Notes: generated by a model from the letters alone, not told the origin. Positions 1-20,780 are shown, counted from the stretch's first letter. The stretch: 64,000 bases of DNA from Amoebidium appalachense (GCA_963693365.1 CAVNZM010000012.1:2604001-2668000); one strand, 5' to 3'. Numbers and translations: made by a program.

Positions 1-202
1 CACCACCACCACCACCACACCACCACATCTTTGTGCCTTACTTCGCCTATTCTTTGGACATGCAATCGTTGGTTTGGTTTGTGTTTTTGTGTGTTGCACC
101 CTCCCCCCCCTTACGAACACTTCACATCCCTACACAGGTACGACTGATAATATTAAGGTCGTACTGACACAACACACACACACACACACACACACACACG
201 CG

Positions 203-273
<71 letters not shown>

Positions 274-396
274 CTACAGGCAACGAGCAGTGCAGAGGAA
301 GAGACAGGTGAGAGTGAGTGTGAGGACAGTGCGTCAACACGCACACACCGCATTCTGTCTATCATGCGGCGCCTGCCTGTGTCCTCACGCAACCAG

Positions 397-8213
<7,817 letters not shown>

Positions 8214-8227
8214 ATGTGTGTGGGTGT

Positions 8228-8301
<74 letters not shown>

Positions 8302-8337
8302 GTCCATCCCATTGTCTGTCAGTCAGTCTGTGTGTGT

Positions 8338-8372
<35 letters not shown>

Positions 8373-9725
8373 GGCTGGCGTTTTGAATGTGAATCTTGCC
8401 TGTATTGTAAGACATGTCGACTCACGGGTTAATTTGAGGTAAAACGTGAAGTTGTTAAAGATATGGCTCTATTTAATCGCATTATGTAATCGATGGAGAG
8501 ACGTATGTGTGGTTCGTCAGTTTGAAAATGGACAGCAAAGTTGGGAACGCCCGTTGCCACTTTCTCCTTTGTAACCATACGTGTGAAAGATCCCCATTCA
8601 TGGAGACCGCACTCACATATATATTTTGTACGTAGGCATGCACCACGTAATATAAGCACACACGATATTTGACATATTTACACAGCGGTGCCTATATAGC
8701 ATGTCGAATCTAGCGGCGAAGTTTGTGTGTGCCGAGCTGTGTATGCACACACACACACACACACACCAACAGAAAGTAGTATTGATGGGGGCTGTGTTTG
8801 TGGATGTCTCTGCGTGTGTACTTAGGTTAGGAAATATGCCTAGCTTGAAGGTTTTTGAGCTTTCCTCAGTTCTTTCCTTTTCACATGTTGGATAGTTTGT
8901 TCCAAAGTTGTTGATAGTCTGCTTGCTCTTGTGTTGTTTTTTTTTAGGGATCCGTTGAGTACTAACTATAGATTTACATGCTTGTTTTGATTTTTCGTAC
9001 AGTTCTAAATCGATTATTTTCAGGAAGCAGGGCTGTAAACTTCCCTGTAGCCTAGATCATCATCTAGACCTCTACGCAAATAATAGAATGCCTACAATGC
9101 TATAGTTTTGATGAATGACACGTACACTTGAGTCCATCAAAATTTAATCTGTTCTCAAGACGTGGACAAAACAACACAGAAACACCCGTAACTTTCAATC
9201 TCAGGAAGTAGGGAAGTCGCAAAGAAGCTTTGTATTAATGCTATTACTGTAGGTAACCTAAGGTTGGTGTTCGGATGTAGAAATAGCTATCATATAAACG
9301 GTTGTGGGGGGAGGGGGAGGGTGGGGGGGGGGGGAAGGGGGGAGGGGATCCGGATCGGTCAGATACTAGGCTGGCCGGATGAGCATGCAAACACCGAGTG
9401 TGATCTCTCCCAGTGCACGGACGTCATGCATGAATGAACATATTACCAGCATGTCTGGTGCTCTTTCGTAAACTGCCACAGGCCCTCAACTGCTGTACTA
9501 TCGCGGCAAAAGAATGATGCCCCCCCCCCCCCCCCCCCCCCAGGCTCTCCCTGCGTTTCGGCCGGAGGTGGGTGCTGAGACGTGATCCTGCATCATGAAT
9601 GCGCTACACAAGCTGAAGGCTTGCAATATTTGTATGTCTTTGTGGTGGTGGATGGTAGTGGTGGTGATGGTGTTGGTGGTGGTGGTGGTGGTGGTGGTGG
9701 TGGTGGTGGTGGTGGTGGTGGTGGT

Positions 9726-9771
<46 letters not shown>

Positions 9772-10034
9772 CGGTCGTGAGTGAGATGTAGGAGCATTCA
9801 GTACTAGCTAGTGCCGGCATTTCTTGGGGGAAAAAAAAAAAAAGCCCAAAATTATCTAACTGAAAGAATTATTCAAGTTTGGTGCTCCTTTTTATCGATT
9901 TTGAAGTTGAGTCCATATATTACATCTGCAAAACGGTACTATCACTCTACGGAGCAAGCCTACTAATTATTAGAACATTGACTGCAACAGCATGACTGTG
10001 TGGGTGTGCGGGTGTTTGTGTGTGTGAGAGAGAA

Positions 10035-10096
<62 letters not shown>

Positions 10097-10202
10097 CAGG
10101 TGTGTTACTACTAGGCTACGTGGTTGTGGCGTGAGTACGCAGGCTGCACATATGGATTCCGAACCGTGTGCGTTACATGCAGCTCTGCTGTGTCTGTGTG
10201 TG

Positions 10203-10260
<58 letters not shown>

Positions 10261-10619
10261 CGTGTTTGTGTGTCAGTGTGTGTCAGTGTGTGTGTGTATT
10301 TCTGTTCAACAACGTACGTGTGAGGCTCTTTCGTTCTATTAGTAAGTGAGGCATGCATATCTTACATGTGTACACGGGCCCGGCCTTGTATGGCCCAAGC
10401 TATCTAGCTAACAACCTAGCTATCAGTAACTGTTACACGTGAACCTAAATACAGCAGATGTGATTTCAAAACATGAGCAAATAATATCTGCACTCTGCGC
10501 ACGCTATACATGTACAGTGCAGATTTCAATTGTGAACTTGTGAAGTCGCTATCTAGATATAGACAAGGTCATGACCGGGTCACCTAGATCTAACACCAGA
10601 ATCTGTACAGAATCTACTA

Positions 10620-13315
10620 TTAATGCCGGCGGGTAGGGCCACATACACCATCTAGAAGAGCATCTACAACCCGCTTACCCACCACCCCCATCGTGACGTC
10701 AAACGGGTTGTAATGCAACAGCCCAGGCTGGGAATTCCGTGGGCACACATAATGGTCGATGCACACAGAGAGATCTGCCTTGGGGAGGGCCATCGTGAAG
10801 AAATCCAAAAACTTAATACTGTGTCCGATTTTGGCTACATATGCCTTTTGGATTTCGGCAATTGCCTGAAGGGTCGGGTTACGGCGATACCATCTGTGCT
10901 CAAATTCGTTCCACGAATAGGGAGGGGAGCTCGAAAGAATAACCGTCGCATTTGTAGAATTCAACAACTGGCCCAATTTTTCCATCACAATGTCCAACCG
11001 AGGAATATTCTCGCCCATGTTTGTGCAATGGGCGAGATTCCATGCCCCAGTCTGCAGTAGAAAAACGTCGCCCTGCCGAAACCCACGCGGGATGGTCCCT
11101 GCCCTAATTTGGTTAATCGGATCGTCCATTCGGCCAATCACCTGGTCGAAAAATGTGCAGTGTTGGTGGATAAGGTGCTCGTTAAAGTATGTATGGTCAG
11201 GATGGTGTAGCTCGATGTTTTGATCACGGACACCGATCCGATCTGCGATCTCGTCGAATGAAAAACGAGCATGCGATGCTCCGGCCAATAAGAAGCTGCG
11301 GTCGTTTCGCTGAAGGCAGCGTCTCAGCCGTGCCCTGATTTGTTGAAGGAGATGGTTAAACTATGTAATCCAATGTATCATATCCATAAAAAAATCGTGG
11401 GCTCAGAGCTTGTGGCACAAACCCTAAGCTGAGCAAAATACCACACGGTGAATCTTCAGATCTAGACACCACGTGACTGAAAAGTTGATCACTACCACCC
11501 CCCCTTTGGATACTCAACGACCAACCATAGGCCTGGCACGATGCAAGGTGTCACATCATTGGCAAAGCTCGAGCCCTATCTATTCAAGTAAACAGTGGAT
11601 GTGCTATGATACAACCAGGCGCTGCTAGTACCTAGATACGTGTACTGATGACAAAGGAAAGTGTCACATGCAGCACTACAGCGTAAACAACAGTTGGCAC
11701 CGTGCACATCTAGACACAAAGGTGGGGCAGGGGAGGGGCGGAGGGTGGGGGGGGGGGGGGGGGGGGGGGGGGAGGGGGGGATTTCAGCTGTCAGGCTGTG
11801 AATCTAAGTTTCAACTTTATGAGGTGGCATTTCCGGTTCATAAAGCAAAAGTCCTGGACAGAGTGCGGCAAAAAGGTAGCTCATTAGGCTCCTGAAAAAG
11901 AGGTCTTACCGTAAAGGCTTGTTCTTTGTAACAAAGTTGCCGCCGGCCGTGTCCCAGTCCGTCAGACTGCAGACACTAGCGGGCACATAGGTGAGGTTCT
12001 GCGTGGGCCCTGTGCCCTGGTCACCCTTCCACTTGATCCACGTGCCCCCAAAATCACCCGCCGCAGACGCCTCGTTTTGAGTGCACGGCCGCAATACATC
12101 GTCACCGTTCCAGTTATCCGGTCGCTCGATATTGACCAAAAACGCATCTGTAAGCACCGGAAAATTATAGAGTTTGGACGTTTTGATCACCATGTCGTTG
12201 GGGTTGGTAAGGTCAATCGAGCGTACAGGTTGCGTTTCGAAGCCGTTGAAATGTGTGTAGTCCAGGTGCACGTTTGTGGACACAGTTACATTTTTGACAC
12301 TGTAGCGGAAAAGAACAGCTACCGACGCTGCCACCGGACAATAGACCGTGTATGAGCCATTGAAATGGTCTTCTATTTTGCACAAAGTCACTAACTCAGT
12401 GACATTTGTATCCTCGCCTACTGACCGAGTGATCACGTGTGCGCGGTAGGAGCTTCCTCCGAGTTCGCCACCCACAGGTCTCCTCTTGACATTGTCGTTG
12501 GCGACAACTGTGTGTGTTTCGTGGATTTTAAACTTGACCACCTCACCACCATCACCCAATACTGGCTGTTCCACCGTGAAGTTGATTGCAAAGGGTTCTG
12601 ACCCTCTGATAAGATATGATGCTGGCGCCTGCAGAGCTGCAAACCACTGTCGTGCGGCAGGTCCCAAGTCCTCCTCCTTCCCACCCAGGGAGTGAAAGTG
12701 AGGGAGTGAGTTTTCAAACAGCGTAGAGCTACACCCTGTTTCGGCGTCGCACACTGGGCGTTTCAATACGGGAGTTTGACACAACCTATTGTTCGGCTGT
12801 TGCACTGTGTTGAGCCGGAACTCACCAGAAACTCGCAACAGAGGCTGAGGTGTAGTGGTTCCTCCAGAGTCTGTCGTTTGCGCATCTGCTGGTTCAACCT
12901 GGTGGGAAGGTTTGAGGCTGGCAGTTGACGTGTTCTGTTTCGACCACACGTCCTTTGTGGTGCCTAACTGTGTGCTGATGCTAGACTCGGTGTTTACTTG
13001 CATCTCGCTGCTAACCGAGGTGAAGAAAGTGAATATGACAACGAGCAATGCTGCTACAGCAAGCCCGAACGTCACTCTGCCTAGGGCTGAGCGAGTTTGC
13101 GTGAAAATAACATGTTTTGAGGCGATTTTGCTCCATATTCTAGGACTCTGCGCTGTGTGTGTGTTTTTGTGCTCTGTACTTTTACGTTTTGCGTTTTGCG
13201 TCTCATGTTCATCGTTGACAATGTCATCTAGAGCAACAAGATGGCAGTGGCTGTATTCTGTTGCTACAACAGATGTTTCTTTAAAGGGGAAACTGTCCCC
13301 GAGTTTGGGTGTCAT
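10620..13315 (-). CDS. Type II membrane protein with Ig/filamin-like domain and C-terminal SGNH/PC-esterase domain (NXPE/CPED1/TBL-like), paralogue 1
   Basis: Exon 13315-11910 (GTAAG donor) joins exon 11334-10620 (CAG acceptor) in frame (KPLR|ARLRRCLQRND). Single hydrophobic helix FGLAVAALLVVIFTFF. IEDHFNGSYTVYC resembles the NXPE 'D-x-x-NGTY' Ig motif. LLAGASH (GDS-like nucleophile motif), QTGAWN and C-I-D-H-Y match SGNH blocks. Confidence 0.75.
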
Positions 13316-14437
13316 TTCAACGATGTGTCAAAGTTTTTGCGAGTGTGGTGTTCTATTAAAGCTCGTTTTTCTTCGAACTGCGCTTACGAATCCCTCGCCA
13401 CGGTGGAACCTAGAGGCCCTGCAGGCTGTTAGATCTCATGTGCACTAACATCACTGATGAATCACTAAATATAATGCATAGTGCTCCTGGTGCTGCTCTT
13501 GTGGTTGACAGGAAATATAACATTACGGTAGTGGCTGCTACTGTGACTACACGGTAACCTATAGTAGGCGATATGTCTTCATAAACAAACGAAGTCTTTC
13601 AAGTGTCAGTCGAGTCGCTCTGTGCATCGTCAAAATGATCATAATATCTTATATCATAGGTGAACCAGGCTGTGAAAATAGTTGGGGTTTGATGGCCGCG
13701 GAATTGTCCCTGAACCCCCAAAAAGTGTCTCTAACTTTTAGAGGCTAGGTGCACCAATGTTCCAACCAGTGGCTATAAAACAGCAAAACCCATAAATATA
13801 AACACCTCTGAGGACGGTTGGGGCCATCCAGACAGGGGGAATGTTGTTAAAATGGCACCAGCCAAAACGAGTTTCATACCCTGACGTGAACGCACTTTCT
13901 TGTTTCCTTTGTAGGCTATTTTAGGATTTGGATTTGTGCGACGGCACATTCTGATTGGGCCAGAAGACATCATGATCTGACCCCCCATACCCACCGGTGC
14001 ATATGGGGATAACTATTCAAGAGCAAGATATTTTACTATAAAGATACATTTTGGTACCTGAATGGGGTTTGAGCGATATTTTTATATATATGGATATCTG
14101 CATAATAACTTAAAACCACATATATCATGACTGTCATTCGAATTCGACCACCTACACTATATATCTAGCTGGGGGTTTACGCTGTTTACTCGAGGCAAAG
14201 AGACCAGTCTCAGGTATGGGGGGTTTTTGCTCGGAATATCCCCTCAGCGGTATATCATGATCACGTACATAGCTGTCGGGTGATGATTATATATCAGGGT
14301 TTACTTTCTCTACGAGACACCATAAAGACTAAGAATTTTTCTTTTTTTTTTTTTTGAATTTTTTTTTTCTTCTTTTGACTGGATTTATTCGACGGAAAGA
14401 TATGCAAGTATGCACGGCATACTGAGAAGACAATAAA

Positions 14438-14490
14438 GGGGTTTACACACTTTTTATTGCGTGGACATTGCCGGAGGCCCAGCCACATTC
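14438..14490 (-). mobile_element. Truncated copy of a ~104-bp short insertion element, 9-bp TSD GACAATAAA
   Basis: GACAATAAA at 14429-14437 and 14491-14499 flanks GGGGTTTACACACTTTTTATTGCGTGGAC...CACATTC. The same sequence occurs at 14833 and 59604. Confidence 0.7.
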
Positions 14491-14832
14491 GACAATAAAC
14501 ACGAGTTATCCAGTAACCGTGAAGTGCATACTGAGATACCTGAACACTGTGTGAAAATCATATAAATACTCAATGTGACGACCAACAGAATTCAACAAAA
14601 AGTCTAAAGTGGTCACATTGCTAGCCAGTGTAGCATACACCCGTAGGGAAAGAGGTAAAACGCGACATAAAAACTCACACCTATCAACATGCTTGCGAAT
14701 CTAAAAAGTTCAGCACAAAAGTGGCACCAGCGGCGATGAAAACAAAAATTACAACGCCACTGCACAACTTCCCAGGCAATATCAACATCAGAGCACCATA
14801 CAGACTTATCTACTAGGGTGGTATCCATACGT

Positions 14833-14934
14833 GGGTTTACACACTTTTTATTGCGTGGACACTGCCGGAGGCCCAGGGACATTCGACGGCCTACTGCGTT
14901 TTCCAGCGCAGCCAATCAAATGCAGCCAGTGACA
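14833..14934 (-). mobile_element. Apparently full-length copy of the ~104-bp short element
   Basis: Near-identical reverse complement of 59604-59707. TSD not clear. Confidence 0.7.
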
Positions 14935-15213
14935 TATACTTAGCTTGATTCATCAAGCACTATTTAGAGTGTATTCTAGGGCAATCATTGGTTGAAATAG
15001 TGTTTCTAACAATGATAGCCTATTGGGTGAGCTCCGTTGGTATATAAGGAGCGAACTCCTACTAGTCCTTAGCTCATTTCCCAACGTCGCACCCACTTCA
15101 TATTGCGACGTTTTTGGCGAGAGCTCGGTTTAGGTTGCAGTCCCCTTCGCACACTTAGATCTAAGTAAGCTACGGTAGGTGGCAGAACTTGTCACCCTAA
15201 TTCCTCGCCTAGC

Positions 15214-15723
15214 ATGGAGAACGCTGCCTTCAACCTGTATAGCGTCGAGGTTCGCAGGCTCCTTCCGGCTGATAACCACAACAAGGAGGAGTCGGACGAG
15301 CAGCGGTGTGAGCGCCTTCGGCAAACTTAGAACCCGCAGCAAAACGTGCTACGCCTCACCCGCGGCGAGTTCGTGGAGTCGCACGCATCTCTACAAGCCG
15401 TCGAGCATTTTGTGGTTGACGGGCGTTTCCCATTTGGCCCACGGCCCTTGTCGTCAGACGGATTGTTCCCTGGGGGAGACCTCCCCAAGCCCATCAAGGA
15501 AGAGGCTGAACAGTGGATAGGGCTGGTCAACACGGGTGTGCAGGCGCACAATTTGGTTGCTGCACTACCCAAGCTAGCCAACGAGTCGGCGGACGCCTTT
15601 GCGGCCCGTCAGCTTACCCTGCTCCGCGAGCTCGTCGTCGACCTCATCAGTTACGGCGGCGACAGACTCCAGCTGTTGTACATTCGGCGCGCGGAGGGTC
15701 ACGCAGTTGCAGAGGTCGCCCGC
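15214..15723 (+). pseudogene. gag-like ORF1 of a DIRS/Ngaro-like tyrosine-recombinase element, 5' part (continues at 29066-29298)
   Basis: ATG at 15214 downstream of TATATAA (~15041), one in-frame TAG at 15328. Removing the insertion and one CCCGC TSD restores ...DRLQLLYIRRAEGHAVAEVAR|AQIEKTYNPKYG..., which resembles the R-x-x-L-(I/L)-x-x-x-x-x-x-G-W-x-x-V motif of YR-retroelement ORF1. Confidence 0.6.
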
Positions 15724-15774
15724 TGACATATACTAATCCGTCTCAGCAGATTAACCTAAGTCTACGATCGAGAT

Positions 15775-15823
<49 letters not shown>

Positions 15824-15824
<1 letters not shown>

Positions 15825-18265
15825 GTCGTGGCAACAAACAGAGTGTATATGAACTACTCTAACTATCTGCACGCTTAAAGGGGCTCGAAACTGTGTATAC
15901 GTATAAACTTTTTCTTTGAGTTGGGTGGGAAGCGAGTTTTTTGTGTTCTGAGAAGAACTTCCAAAAGCCCGCGACCCCGCGAGACACTTCACAGACACGC
16001 GGCCCACTGGCCAGACAAATACCACAGTGACATTCAGCCAATCACAACACTCCCTCCCCCACAGACTACACGCACTCCACACCATTGGCTACCGCGACCT
16101 CAGACACCCCTACAGCACTACAACACGTACACACGTTTACTCACAATACATATAAGCATACACACACGCGAGCAGGCAACATGGGTCTCGCCACGCACAC
16201 AGCAAGAAGCAATACAACATTTAACATGGAGAGTACGCAGAGGCATGGGGCATGCACGCGCGCACCAAACAATCAGCCGCCGCTGCATCAGATTCTCCCC
16301 ATACCACTGATTAATCTCCTCATACCCCATTTAGACCCCGGCATCACTATGCAAGAAAACCCCCGAAATTAACTCACCAAAACACAAAATATAGAAGTAA
16401 ACTAATACGAATCAGCTCAGCACATGACAACTCCCCCCTCGCACAGAAAATAACTGAGTTCCACCTCAGTAAAAACTACCTAAAAACAAAATAAAGTTAT
16501 GTGCTGAGCGACTACAACTACCGCTACCCATGCAGGAAGCAACATTTAACATATAACATAAAACATATACATACATCCACACACCACCCCACCATGGTTA
16601 ATACCCAACCCAACCCCAAAACAAGGATAAGAACCGCCACTGACGTTGCCCTGTAGATGCACCTCTGCCCCCGTCCACAACCTGCACCCAAAACCCCATG
16701 CCCCTGGCACAATGTTATATCGAGTGGAACATAGCAACAGACATGATAACAGACACCATCCATACAACCACACTCAGCATGCCCCATCCACAAAGAATTC
16801 CTAGCAAAACCTAACATGCCACTGACGAACACCTCCAGACTCATGTGACGTACACCTCCAGACTCTCTTGCTGGCCATTCCTCTACCCGACAAAGACTCC
16901 TACTACGTAGGTCCCGGTGGTTTGGGAATGCCTCTGCCCCAACCGTGCCCTACCCAGCGGTGTGTCTAAGGCCTACTGCTGCACTGGGCACCACAACACT
17001 ACTCAACAACACTACGGGCAGCCACTCCAAAGGGCCTCAACACCAGGCCCAGGGCAGCCACTCCAAGGGGCCTCAGCACCAGGCCTTTTGACGACGGGGG
17101 TTCACAACAGTGGGGGCCTGCCACTGCCATGACTACACTTCGACCCCCCCCCCAGCCCCCTCGTCAGAGGGCCGAGCTCCCAGACAGCAGCAGGACTTTC
17201 TATTCCACTGACCCTAACCACACACGTCGCCAACACAGGACTCATACACACGTCGAAAACGCCAGGCACCAGTAGAAAACTCGCCGAAAAATAACACCAC
17301 ACAACAGTTACTCCCATAGTATTACAACAACAACAACCCAAGAGATGGCCTACCCCCTAATAAAACCTTCATACCAGCAACACGGTCACCGACGTCCCTG
17401 CCCCCCACGACGGGGCTGTTTACACCACGCGTTGCCCCCGCTCCTTGCAGTTGTCGCAGGTGCACACCTGGGAAAGAGCCTGGCGCCGGCTCTTGCTGTC
17501 CCGCCCAAAGACGCTAGTCTGGCCCATCTGTTATCCCGTTGTGGCCGTGGCTGGTAGGGCTGGCAGTAGCGCCGTGGGGAGGGTGACCGCCGCCGGTCCC
17601 CTCTGAGGCCTCTGCTGGGCAAACGGCCCTGAGCTTGCTAAGTCACCTAGGGAGGTCAAGGTCCTTAGCGAGGACTAAGTCCCCTGTGATACTAGTCCTA
17701 CTGCTCATGTTGCCTATGCCAACTGTTGCTAGCTGTAGGTCTGTGTGTGCGTATGTTTCTTCTACCTCTAACCGTCGAAAAAGGCCTAAGACAAAACCAC
17801 TCATAACCGCTAGGCGTGAAAAAAAAAAAAAAAACTAGGGGTGAAAGCAACAGCCCAGAAGGACTAACAGTGCGTGTGCCCCCTCCCTGCAAAAAACTGC
17901 AGAGAAAGGGGGTGTAGCTTGTCGTACCTACAAACAGAGTGTATATGAACTACTCTAACTATCTGCACGCTTAAAGGGGCTCGAAACTGTGTATACGTAT
18001 AAACTTTTTCTTTGAGTTGGGTGGGAAGCGAGTTTTTTGTGTTCTGAGAAGAACTTCCAAAAGCCCGCGACCCCGCGAGACACTTCACAGACACGCGGCC
18101 CACTGGCCAGACAAATACCACAGTGACATTCAGCCAATCACAACACTCCCTCCCCCACAGACTACACGCACTCCACACCATTGGCTACCGCGACCTCAGA
18201 CACCCCTACAGCACTACAACACGTACACACGTTTACTCACAATACATATAAGCATACACACACGC
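15824..18265 (-). mobile_element. Non-autonomous LTR element (family B) inserted in the poly-G of the family A 5' LTR
   Basis: LTR 15824-16429 (TG...CA), PPT complement ACTCCCCCCTC at 16430, ~1.5 kb internal region, second LTR from 17920 truncated at 18265. A decayed gag N-terminus from ATG 17804 (MSGFVLGLFRRLEVEETYAHT...LAKDLDLPR*L) aligns to family A Gag (MAKFNVDMFYALAAEDSSLHT...LKHDSEIPRWL). Confidence 0.88.
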
Positions 18266-18683
18266 TGTTTCTACGTGTCTGTGCCTTCCCCCCCTTCCCC
18301 CTTTACTCTGATGGTGTGTGTCCCCCCCCCTCCCGGAAACAATGGCACAGAAACCCCCTCCGGTGTGGTTAGAATAAACACCGGGTTGGGACAAGAAACA
18401 CTGAGACCATCCACTTGTGGCTGGGGAACCTCCCCCAACCCCAAAACATTCACACCATTCATACCTTTGGTAGAGTCACCCCACAAACATTCATGCCATA
18501 CCACCTCGACGCTGTCTTGAGGACCCACGACGATGCCCGGCTCCCACACGTATCGGGGCGGTGAGGGGGCAAAGGGAAGCTTAACCTGGGGTGGGGGAGG
18601 GTAAAGGTTCTCTGCAACCTGGGGGGGACCGATACTGTCCCCCCCCCTCCCTCAGTGACCCCAGCTTCCCCCTCCCCCGGAAC

Positions 18684-20715
18684 TCAATAGCTCTTGTAAC
18701 TACGGCAATATGCAGCAGAGTGCCCTTGCCGGCCACAAAAGTAACATGCACCAAAGAAGGGGCCAGGGGGGACTTCAAAACCTTGGCGCAAAGCATAACC
18801 GGGAGCCCGGTCATGCTGGGGGGGCCCACCGTGTGCACCACGGCCCCCCCTTCCCCCCTGCCCCCCTCGGCCTCTCTCACCACCACGACCAAACCCACCA
18901 CCCCCTCCATCTCCCCCCCCCCCCCCCCCCTCTCCCCCCCACCCCCCCCTCTCTCCCCCCCTCACCACCATTTCCACCCCCTCCCTCTACCCTGCCCACC
19001 ACCACGAGCAAGATAAGGGGCAAACCTCTCGGTGAACTGCTGCTGTTGTCCTCCACGTCCACCTCGGCCACGACCGCTGTGTCCACCCCGGTCGCCGCCA
19101 CGGCCACCCCGGAAGCCGAAGCCCCCTCGGCCAGAGAAGACGGCCTGGGAGAGCTCGGCAACCTGCTTGACCAACATGGTGAGTGCATCTGGCTGTTCAC
19201 CCTCTTTTTTCTCTTTTTCCCCCTTCTGTCCACTCTCCTTCTTTTTCTGGTCTACTTCCATCACCTCCTTTTTATCCCTCTTATTGAACTTCACCTCGTG
19301 CATGGCAAGCAAGTGACGTTTAACATGCAACACCACCTCATCTACATCATCATGCTCCCCAAACATGCGTGCAGTGTCTGTGTTTACAGAGAGAGCCTTA
19401 CGAGCAAACTCGAATTTTTCCCTATCACTCACGTCACCAGCTAACTCGCAAAGGTCTTCAAAGACCCGATATTCTCTCTCAAAGAATGCACGAGCTTCTA
19501 CGGGGGACATATCTAAAGTGGGAAAGGTATACTTCCATTCTCTGAGCTGGGCCCGGAAGGTACGGCGCCGGTCGGCCGTCAGGTATCGGCCGACGAGCCG
19601 GGCCGTATATGTCGTGGCAACAAACAGAGTGTATATGAACTACTCTAACTATCTGCACGCTTAAAGGGGCTCGAAACCGTGTATACGTATAAACTTTTCT
19701 TTGAGTTGGGTGGGAAGCGGGTTTTTTGTGTTCTGAGAAGAACTTCCAAAAGCCCGCGACCCCGCGAGACACTTCACAGACACGCGGCCCACTGGCCAGA
19801 CAAATACCACAGTGACATTCAGCCAATCACAACACTCCCTCCCCCACAGACTACACGCACTCCACACCATTGGCTACCGCGACCTCAGACACCCCTACAG
19901 CACTACAACACGTACACACGTTTACTCACAATACATATAAGCATACACACACGCGAGCAGGCAACATGGGTCTCGCCACGCACACAGCAAGAAGCAATAC
20001 AACATTTAACATGGAGAGTACGCAGAGGCATGGGGCATGCACGCGCGCACCAAACAATCAGCCGCCGCTGCATCAGATTCTCCCCATACCACTGATTAAT
20101 CTCCTCATACCCCATTTAGACCCCGGCATCACTATGCAAGAAAACCCCGAAATTAACTCACCAAAACACAAAATATAGAAGTAAACTAATACGAATCAGC
20201 TCAGCACATGACAGTATACTCGAGCTCGTTTTCCGGCCGTGTGAAGGCCTCGAGCTCCCCGTCCACGTCGTCGGTGCTGTTCTCGTCCTCGTCGTCGGGG
20301 ATGAACCGTGCGGCCAGACGTTTCTGGCTGAGTGTCCGGGACACCATCTCGTCCCTCCCCTCGTCGTACTGCTGCTCGTATATACGAGCCGTCACCTGGG
20401 GGGCCTGCTCGGCCCGGTACGGGTGCTCCTCCATCAGGGTGCATAAGTCGGCCATTGTTTTGTGGTCGATGCACTGTTTGATCATTAAGCACGAGGCCGC
20501 CACAGTGGGGGCCTTCTTTGTGTCTAACACTAGTGTGGGTGTGTTAGCTAGGAGTGTCCTAAGCCACCTAGGTATTTCCCGAGTCGTGTTTGAGTATAAA
20601 ACTGAAAGCTGTGGTCTGTCTAACATCTAGTGTATGAACCTGTGGTACCTGTGTGTGCAGGGAGCTATCCTCCACTGCCAATGCGTAGAACATGTCTACG
20701 TTAAACTTAGCCCTT
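18684..20715 (-). pseudogene. Inverted gag of family A copy 1, interrupted by a solo LTR
   Basis: Near-identical to the intact gag at 32307-33647, including the zinc knuckle CYFCGRQGHSAAYC. Split at 19609/20214. Confidence 0.88.
19610..20213 (-). mobile_element. Solo LTR of family B in gag of family A
   Basis: TGTCGTGG...CATGACA flanked by 5-bp TSD GTATA (19605-19609 / 20214-20218). The empty site is visible in the intact gag at ~33148. Confidence 0.92.
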
Positions 20716-20748
20716 GTGTGGTGCCTTACTCGGGTGGTGTTTTTGTGT

Positions 20749-20780
<32 letters not shown>

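Noticed and set aside
138-307. Two micro-exons of SETD2 (138-157, 280-307)
   Set aside because: Phase-compatible, but the first donor is weak and similarity is too low to support them confidently.
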